From assembly GCA_951406725.2 (NCBI GenBank), contig OX597830.1, forward strand, positions 46,376,001 to 46,440,000: 64,000 nucleotides of DNA, written 5' to 3'. Shown piece after piece: positions 50,558-60,900 of the stretch. Position numbers and translations under genes: made by a program. Numbering within the stretch: the stretch's first letter is position 1; each line of letters begins with the position of its first letter. The notes beneath the pieces were generated by a model, which worked only from the letters and a program-made list of their open reading frames with translations, did no database searches and was not told the origin of the DNA. The stretch is from Octopus vulgaris. Taxonomy: Eukaryota.

Positions 50558-53500
50558 TGTATGTGTGTGTATAACTTAGATAACTTAGGTATGTTTCGGC
50601 CAAAGATTGGTCCAGGCCATGTCTAACTTAATAGCACCACTTGATAGGATTAGCTAAATTCTTTTTAAGTCAAGTTTTGTGGTATCAAAGTCCATTCGAG
50701 TAGGGAGCTCTTGTTGTTCTCTATATGTGTGTGTATGAGTTCTATATAGATAAATAAATACGAGTTCTGTATGCATGTATAGGGAGAAGAGTGGCCTGTT
50801 TTGCCTGTTCCAAGTTCAAGAACAGATCAAGGCCGTCAACGTCCCCATGGCCTCCAGTCAATTGCTTTACCAGACAGAATTGTGTGTCGTTCTCCCTCTG
50901 TCACAGTTCCCTAGTTTGCCAGCTCTGGTCAAACCATCTAACCCATGCCAGCAGGGACAACAGACGTTAAAATGATGATGAGAGAGGAGGAGTGAGTGTA
51001 TTGCATTGGGAGGATTTAAATTGTAAGGTTAGGGTCTGCTTGAAGAAGGAGAAAGTGTCAATATGAGTAAATCTGGCAGAAACGTTAGCACGCCGGGCGA
51101 AACGCTTAGCAGTATTTCATCTGCCGTTCAGTTCTGAGTTCAAATTCCGCCAAGGTCAACTCTGCCTTTTATCCTTTCGGGGTCGATTAAATAAGTACCA
51201 GTTACGCACTGGGGTCGATGTAATTCACTTAATCCGTTTGTCTGTCCTTGTTTGTCCCCTCTAGGTTTAGCCCTCTGTGGGCAATAAAGAAATATGAGTA
51301 AAGGAGACAAAAATCAATGAAACTTATCAATCACGAAATCAATAATTTTATTTTAAAAAATAAATTATCACTCACCAAACTTTGGTTTATAAATAATTCT
51401 TTTGCCATGGCCGCATCTTCTCCATATTGGTTATACTGTGGCTGGTGGAGAATAAAAGGAATTGTTAAAAATCAATTAATCATTTCATAGCAAGCAACGT
51501 TAACCAAAATGAGATTTGTATATAATCACTTTATGAGGATTTGTACAACCATGTTGAACTTTTGTTTGTAAGTCCCGGTAAAACCAGAGCAAAGACAAAG
51601 AACCACAAAATTATGACCATACTTTTACTTAAGCATGCTTCTGGTGAAGTCTGAAGAGTCTCAGCAGTGATGGTCACTAGCAGTTGTTTGCAACATACTT
51701 AAAATGAAAGAAATAGTTAAGTCTGTTGGACGCAAAAGCGAATGCAAGCACTACTGAGAATCTGTGCTGCTTTAACTTCCATATTCCTGCAAATGTGCTG
51801 CATCTTGACCTTGCGTCTGTCACTCAAATCCTTGGATCACAGATGAGAGGTCAAGACGGAGGAACACTGAGCTGTTGATGTGCTTTTTCAATCTGCTTAA
51901 AGTAACAGCCAAATCTTCCTCAAATCACCTCCTGCCTTTTTAAACAAAGAACACACATCAGATGATGTACTCCTAGAGACTCTTTGAAATGGTAGGAGAG
52001 TTATGGCTAGAATGCCTTACTCAGTCATAGTTTTACCTAGCGATGAATAACCCAAACATGGTGCCGGATTAACACACAACATGGACAAAAACTTCTGCAA
52101 GAGACAACAATAGACATGGTGCAAGCAATAAAAATGGTAGATTGTGACAAACGATGTGGCGTTATGGTTCAGTGAATTTATTCCTTGGTCGACAAGTCAA
52201 AACAGCTTTGTTTGTTTTAGACACCAGCCATTAAAAACATGCAAAACTCTCAGAGAAACCAAAATAATACAAGAACATACCAAAGATGATGCCAGGTTCA
52301 TTGGTTCCGTTAAACTGTCATTATCACTTGAAAAGGCACAGTGGTTCGTCTGGGGGAATGTAGGGAGTGAAGATGGTACTGATGCTGGCATTGGCACCGG
52401 AGGTAGTGAAGGAGCTGAAACAAGAAAGCAAATATGGAGGTTTAAACGAAATTTAAATTTTGGGTAAGAATTTGGAGGAACTGAGTAATTAGCCTAACGT
52501 TGCTTCCTGGCAATATTGCCACTGACACTGAAGTGTGTGTGTGGGGGGGGGGGGGCAGAACCGTTAGCATGCTGGGCAAAATGCTTAGCAGCATTTCATC
52601 CGTCTTCACATTCTGAGTTCAAATTTTGACCAAGTAAACTTTGCTTTTCATCCTTTCGGGGACAATAAAATAAATACCAGTTAAACCCGTGGGGGTTGAT
52701 CTAACTGACTTACCCCCTCCTCCGAAATTGCTGGCTTTGTGCCAAAATTTGAAATCAATACTCTCTTGCACACTGCAACTGATGTTTCTTAGGTTCAACT
52801 CTTCTCTCAAGGCACTTACACTCTGTCGAATATGAACCCTGACATTACACATCCATTGGAGCATACTGGCTTCATTCCTTGCAAGCTTACGCATGTCTTC
52901 AGGAGTCACAGCCCATGTTTCACTGCCATGTAGCATGGCTGTTCATACACATGTGCCATACAGTCTACCTTTTACTCTGAGCGAGAGGCCCTTTGTCACT
53001 AGCAGAGGTAGGAGTGCTCTGAACTTTGCCCAGTTACTAACGTATAGCAATTTGCCAAGTTGATTTTAAAATCCTAAATATCTTTCAGAAATATTATATC
53101 AAATTATCTTAACATTTTCTCGCTCTCCACCCTCAATCATCAGAACTTACACATAAACACAAAACACATGCTAAAAGTCAGCTTGGAAACACTAAATTGA
53201 TGAAATTATGTCTCTAATAAAGAGAGCATGGCACCCTAAGCACCATCCGAACGTGGCCAATGCCAGTACCACCTGACTAGCCCCCATGCCAGTGGCACGT
53301 AAGAAGCACCCGCTACACTCTCGGAGTGGTTGGTGTTCAGAAGGGCATCCAGCTGTAGAAACATTGGCATATCAGATTGGAGCCTAGTGCAGCCTCCTTG
53401 CTCTCCAGACATCAGTCAAACCGTCCAACCCATGCCAGCATGGAAAACAGACACTAAACGATGATGATGCATCACCATAAGTGGATTATATTCCTCATAG

Positions 53501-54926
53501 AAGTGTCTGCATTCTGTGATTCCTCAGCTGTAAAATACCAAAAATTCTCAGCCATATGCATCCTGCACATGGCAAAGTATACCTCAATGTCTGGCTGCCT
53601 GCAGTCTTGAAGCTTTTACTCTTTCAACTTACACCTAGCAATAAGTCTAGTGTATATGTGCTTTTACCATTCTTTTACCATTTATGTTGTTCTACTACAG
53701 ACCTATACAGGAAGCTGATTACAGGTAAATGCCATTATTATACTGAAGAACAACAGAAACAGAATGACATTAAAAAATATCTTACCGTTGTCCATTTGAA
53801 ACTCATCTTTTTTACGGCAAAATTTATTCTTACTGATTTTCACTTTCATTCCTTCAACCTTCAGGAGTAAAAACAAAATAACACTTTTTAATGATATATA
53901 AATAAATGGTTTAAATGAATAAAACAAGTTTTATATTTATGTTATTTGAAATAAATCTTGATTGCAATGGTTGTAAAACAAAGTGAAGAGCAAGACAAGT
54001 AGAGTCTATCACTCGACTTGCACTCTTACTTGTATTCATTTCACTTCACTTAAATCATCATCAGACACCACGAGAAATGTATGTCTCACCATAATTCCTA
54101 GTTTCCTCTACACTGTAGTTGATAAAACTCTCTCTCTCTCTCTCTCTGATTAGAACAATCAAAAGTTAAAATTTTTCAGTTTCCATATTTTAGATAATCA
54201 TTCCTCATCCCTAAACATTTGCAGCCTTGTGAGAAATGATTGCAATTATTAATGAAGGAGGAAAAGGAAGAGCGAGGAATTTACCTCAGAAGTGTACTCA
54301 ACAACAGGCTTCACTGGTTTGAGGCTATCCATGAAAGATAGTTCCGGTTCAAGATCGGAGATTTCAGGCTTGGGAGACAATCTGCTGACTGGAGGGTTGA
54401 TATGAGAATCAGTGGTCTGGGGCAAGAACGGCTGCTTCCTTATCACCGGCCACTCACCATTTTCAATGGCGTAGCAGATCTGTTGAAGACGGCCAATTAG
54501 AACTTTGTCCTGAAGAAAGAAGAACAAATCAAAAACGAGTAAGAAACAATATAAAATTTGATCCCAAATCGAGAAATCATTAAAAAACAGAAAATGGAAA
54601 CAAATTTCACTAATCCTACCTTGGGCCAGATGGCACTGACTCCTTGAAGTTGTTTACCAACATAATCCAGGTCCATATCCAGATAATCATTAGGATTAAC
54701 AGATGAACTCTAGCAAAAAGAAACAAACATTTTTTTTAAATTATAAAAATCAAGTTTCAAAATATGGTGGAATGCATGTAAATGTTTGGCAACCTGGAAG
54801 ACCTGGAATGGTCGACTGCATTCTTTGTTGGGTTGAAAGATAGAAAACCTCTAAGCACCATTTGCATTAGGATTCTACTCACTTCCAGCAGAAATGTCAA
54901 ATAGTTTTATGTTCTTGTACAACAAA

Positions 54927-54985
<59 letters not shown>

Positions 54986-57900
54986 ATATTTTGCCCATTC
55001 GGTAGAGCAATACCAACATACACAAATAATGGGGTTATTAGACCTAAACTAATCCAGATTAAATATTCCATTTTGGAAAACCTATTTAGAAGCACTCAAC
55101 ATGAAAACAGAAAGTGAGATAAAGCAGACAGAAAGGAAGACTCATTTTTTTTTTAACAATGAAAGAAATAACAATACTATTCAAAAGAAACACTTTTAGA
55201 TTCAAATATTAGAAGCAACCACCACAAAATAAAGAACAGAATACAGTTCTATATTTAAGAGATGAAGAATTACGCACATTATTTACATTTGACAGATATT
55301 TGTCTTCATCTTGTTTGTTGTTAACACAATGTTTCGGCTGATATACCCTCCAGCCTTCATCAGGTGTCTTGGGGAAATTTCAAATCTGGGTTCTCATTCC
55401 TAAGGTATTTTTCAATGTTATTATTATTATTCAGATCATTGCTTGGAATCGAACTTGGAATCATGGGGTTAGTAGTCAGCGCTCTTAACCCCAAGATTCT
55501 GAGTTCAATTCTAACCAGTGACCTGAACAACAACAACATTGAAAAATACCTTAGGAATGAGAACTCAGGTTCGAAATTTCCCCAAGACACCTGATGAAGG
55601 CTGGAGGGTATATCAGCCGAAATGTTGTGTTAACAACAAACAAGATGAGGACAAATATCTGGCTAATGTAAATAATGTAGATAACAGAATGCTTTTAAAA
55701 ATGATTTCATTTCATCAAGAACACATGTCCAAAAGCATAATCAGTGAATTTCAACATAAAGCTAAGCTTGAGTTAAAAACTATAAAATTCTGTAGAATTA
55801 TATTTGCATTTATTGGTAAAACAGCCTTTATTTTCCCTCAAAGTCAGGGGAAAAAAATAACAGCTTCAACAATTCCCAGAAATGCAGACTTTTTATTCTA
55901 GCAGAAAGTGACTTTGGTCTAATTAAGCAAAGCAATCTTACATGGAATAAACACATTTTTTCAAACAATCTCCAGCAAGAGTGAAAGAATAAATAAAATG
56001 ATGGACTCACATGTGACATTGAATCTTTGTTGATTCCAAGCATGGCATGGGCACTGTTGCTGGTTTCGTCTTTGATGCTAAACCGTTTGTCAACGCTCAA
56101 TTCATCGTCATCATCGTCTTCATCATTAATCCCTGCATCTTCTTCCTCTTCTTCTTCCTCCTCCTCCTCATCGTCTTCCTTCTTCAAAACTGTTTTGTTA
56201 TCTGCATCTCTCGTGTCTGAATCACTGTCTGTCTTCTGATAGCCAAGAATAGACTTCTTGGAATCGAAACCGTCTTCAGGTTCAGTTTTCACAAAATCTG
56301 TCTTTGTCTCACAAGATAACTTCTCCGTCTTGATATCTGCTTTAGATGATGATGTCGTCGACTTTAGGTCATGGTCAGCTGCTAACGATGGTGATAACGA
56401 AGACATGACAGTGGTGGTGCTAGTGGCTTTGGGCGTCGGTGCTGAAACCAGTGGACTGGTTTTATCATTGTCAGTATCTTTCACCTCACCCTCACCACTA
56501 TCATCATCATCATCATCCTCATCACCACCACCACCACCGCCCTCAAAGCTGTGACCATTACTGTCACCATCATTAACATCCATCTTGCAAGGCACATCAC
56601 CTCTCGGCAAACGAGGCTCCTTTTTGATCGACAGGTTGCTTTCCTCTCCCGTGTCCATCCGGTCATCATTGCTGTCGGGGGACAGCGGCGGCTTGTTTGT
56701 CATTTCTTTCAGGTATTTTACATCTTGTCCAAAGTAACGAAGTTTACCAACAAACTGACTGTCTTTGGAATCAGAATCATATTCTCTGAGGGGGTCATCT
56801 GCAAAGAAAACCATAAAACGCAAATAAACGAACAGGCATCAATATGCACACAAACACACACGTATATGTTTCTTACGTAAAAAGCACCCACTACACTCAC
56901 GGAGTGGTTGGCGTTAGGAAGGGCATCCAGCTGTAGAAACATTGCCAGATAAGACTGGAGCCTGGTGCAGCCTTCTGGCTTCCCAGATCCCCGGTCGAAC
57001 CGTCCAACCCATGCTAGCATGGAGAACGGACGTTAAACGATGATGATGATGATGATGATGAAGAGGAAGAGTAACAGCCAGAAGCTTTTCTGGGAGTGGT
57101 GGGAAGAAGGAATAAGACCTGGCCTGAATGCTGCTCCTGGGCCATATGATGGATGATTCACTTGGTTTAAGCTACTAAATATTAATCATCATCCTCATCC
57201 ATCATTTTAAATCCGGGTTTTGCCCCCTGTTAATGGTAGTGGCTGGATCTACCTCAATGCCATAGCAACCAGCCTCACACCATTTCGCCACCTTGCCCGG
57301 TTTTGGGCGTTCTCCCTTGCCAATCCCCTCCTCCACCTGTCCCCTCCACATTATCCTCGGTCTACTTTGCTTTTGTAGTTCATCAACATCAAACCCAAGC
57401 ACCTTCCTCAGAACACACTCTTCATCCCTCCATTCACCCTCGCCAGCCGCTCCACACAGTTATGGTGAGTGAGCTTCTTGGTGTATTAGTGTGTGGCTTG
57501 TGCACATGTGCATACAAAGTGGTGCTCAGAAAGGAATCATTCCCTGGCCAGGAGACGAGTGAGTGTTGGCAACAGGAAGAGCAACCAACAGTACAAAATC
57601 TACCCCAACCCATTAAAGCGTGGAGAAGTAAATGTTTAAAGCTTGACGATGGTGAATTCTACCCCTTACACTCTACCGTCAGAATAAAGTTACTGCTGCT
57701 GCTATAGCCACCACAAGACTGGTCAGTGGTTTTCAATAATACTGAATGCCCAACTGACCCCGGAACTAAATACTGTCTCTAATCATGTAAGCATTTTGAA
57801 CAATCCAGGTATTTAATATCTATGAAGAAATCTAGGGATATTTAGAGAAGATTTGATATAAAGGAACTTGATAACGGTTTCAGAAATTTGCCATTCACTA

Positions 57901-60900
57901 AAATTATTAATAAACAAATAATAAAAATAAGTTCATAAAAATATAGTGAAAAAAAAAAAGAAAACTGAGAAGGAATTACTCACAGTTGTAATGTTTATAG
58001 AGGGAGGGAAGTGCTGCAGGATCAATCTTGTTCTGTAACTGTATATGGAAACTAAATGATGGGTCTGGAAGAATGTTGAGATCAGTACGAGACACACCAT
58101 GTCTGTTGATGTCAAAGGGGGAAGAAAATAGCAGTCAAAAAATGTACACTCAAAATAGAAATAACAGAACTACAAAAAAGGGGAAAAAAATTTTAAAAAG
58201 GAAAAACAAACTAAAAATGTCCCTTAATCCACTGGATTATAAAGGGGCCACTGAAGATCTTGTCTTCATTTAAATTGTAATCACTGAGTCAAAAACTCAG
58301 GCAAGAATCAAGTACAAAGGCTTCAACCAGGAATCAAAACTTGGCTCAGGATTCAACTTCCTGGAATCTTACCAACACTATGGAATACAATAAAAGACAG
58401 TTATAGCTATCAATCGTGTCTCAATACTATACAGAGATAACTTCATCTTATGAACAAAAATGCAAGAACTGTATTTGTTTTTAAATATTTTTGCATGAAT
58501 AATACAAAGAGTTGCAAATGGTAAAAATGGTGAAACAATGAAACTAAGAAAAACATCACTTCTTGTATGACAGAGGATCCAAAACCATTTCAAAAATGTT
58601 TTAGAAATTGTGTTTCTTTGTTTTAAAGCGAAAACGAGTGACGACAGTTAAATCTCAGCATGTTGAGCCAAAGAAATTGAGAAGCTAAGTGAGAGCATGG
58701 AGTGGTGAGATGTTGCACTGAAACAGGCTGACTCAAGCCACGACAGTATGGAAGCGATGGGGGGAAATAAACATGATGACCACACACATGATGATGATGA
58801 TGATGAAGATGATACACAAAGAGATGTAGAGGGAGGTGAGGCTTCTCTTTGTTGATACTCAAGAGTTCAGCATTCGTGATTTATAGTGTGTGCGTGCATG
58901 CATATCTAAAGTAATTAAAAGAAAAGAAAAGCTGTAAAATTGCACTTACTTAGCAGCTGCCAATACGAGTTCCTTGTCATGTTTCCCACTCTGCCACCAT
59001 GTTGGTAGATCATAGGACATCTGACACAAGTTGATTCGTGCTTCAAACAAGGGATGGGTCAGAGTCTCCTCCCGGATTTTCCTGAGCAGATTTATTCTGG
59101 ATAAGCAACGGCTTGCTCTCTCACCTGTAATTGGTTCAACGCAAGCGTTCATGTTGTGAGACAACCAGCTAACTGGAAGCGGGGGAGAGAAAAACAGGAT
59201 GCTATCATATTTACACACAAAATTAATTGGAAATGTGAAGGAGTGCTTCAAGGTGTTCCTTTGGTAAGTCTAAGCAGTCTCAGTTCTTCTACACAGGAAC
59301 ATGAGCTTCTTTTTTCTAAACTCATGCTAATAGATATTTCATCTATTTGCACCTAAAAAAAAATGGGGGGGAGGGGTTAGCCCCAGGTAAATTCTGATTG
59401 AACTGACTATTGATCAAAGGCATTCCAGTTTTGTTTTAGGAAGATTTGGTTACTATTTCTAGCAGGAAGTCCGACGACCGCTTTGTTCAAAGCCTCCCTT
59501 GACCTCAAGTGGCCTGAACTCTTTACATGAACACCACCCTGTACTTAACTCCATGTCCCCCTACATGGCCTTGCTATTTGCTTTTGAGCCAAATTAACTA
59601 ACTAACTAACTAGGAGGTGTGGGGAGCTCATAAAGCCACTGCGTAGTGGTGACCCTTGTCATGTAAAAATAGATGAGAGATGAATCTTGCACTGGATAAA
59701 ATGACCAGTTCATTATAGACATTAATCGTAGCACCTTGGGTACCTGTTTACCAATAATTAAGCACAGAGAAATTAGGATATGGGTTTCTTAGTGCTTCAC
59801 ACAAGAAAAAATGTGCATATGGAATATTTTGGAGACTGCTTTTAACAGGTACCGAACTTACTGTAGGGATAAATAACTGGAATGTGTTGTAGCAGCCTGT
59901 CAGAGCAGAATGGATAAGTTTGAAAGGAGATATAAAAAAAAACTATGTTGTTCAGTTGTAGGTTATCTCTGATGGAGCAAACCTCTAATCCAAACATGAT
60001 CATTTCTTCATTTTTGGAATATCTTGCACTGCATTATCCAATGCCTCCTTCCTCATTTAAGGTTTAATTTGAGGAAGATTCAACAGCCATTTCTAGAAGG
60101 ATATGCAAACTATGTAGGGACCTTGTTGCTGACTTAAATTTAATATATATTTCATTCTAACTTCTTTTCGAGAGAATGCAGTGTTCTAAAATTTAAGACT
60201 TTCAAACACACAATCCTATTTTTCAAACGGGAAGACATTTGTCAACAGTTATTCTGGCATTACCTTAACGAGAGTGGGAGGTCAGGGAGTACAAAAAAAA
60301 GTGCATTATTGCCAAGAGAGATAATAGGTATTAAAAGTATTTTCATAATAGCTATAGCTCTAACCAATATTCATTCCATCGGCAGTTCCACATACATCAT
60401 GGGCAGAAGAGTATTTTAGAGACTCACCTTCTTCTTTCTCCTTTTGGCATGCCTGCTGGCACATCTCATAAAATGCTTCAAAGTATTCACTTAATGTGTC
60501 ATCATATTTCTTATCAAGTCGGGCCAAAGCACGGAATCGGTCCCATTTATAGGTCTTTGTACCAGGGTACATCTCGATCCCAAAAGAAGACACTGTCTTG
60601 TAAAAGTCTGCTTCTTCTCGGCGAGACCACCTGGAGTTAAAGCATAAAAGTCTGGGATTTTCAATCAATGGAGAGAGAGGGAGAGAGACAGACAGACAGA
60701 CAGACAGAAGATAACATAAAAAATGCCAAAAATTGACAACGACATCAATTTGTAAATAGATGTCAATAGAGTAGGTCCTTTACCTTTGTTGAGATTCCCT
60801 TCTTCGGATTTCCCGTTCTTTATGAGCTGCTTCAGCACGTACACGCCGTTCAATCCGCTGTAAATATTGAAAAAAATAAATAAATAAATAAATAAAATAA

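Larger units (their letters stand above)
55276..55678. repeat. ~400-bp palindrome of two head-to-head tRNA-headed, hammerhead-tailed elements
   Basis: Arms are near reverse complements (mirror ORFs 55360..55590 and 55364..55594); central tRNA-like GGTTAAGAGCG..GTTCGATTCC on the minus strand. Confidence 0.93.

Noticed and set aside
50575-50635. GGCC..GGCC-GAAAC hairpin on the minus strand
   Set aside because: Resembles Penelope ends but has no CUGANGA, so it is not called a ribozyme.
53475-53635. Two further AG..GT exon candidates
   Set aside because: In-frame stops or a phase incompatible with the flanking CHD7 exons.
55360-55594. Mirror 76-aa ORFs on both strands
   Set aside because: A by-product of the DNA palindrome; no coding evidence.
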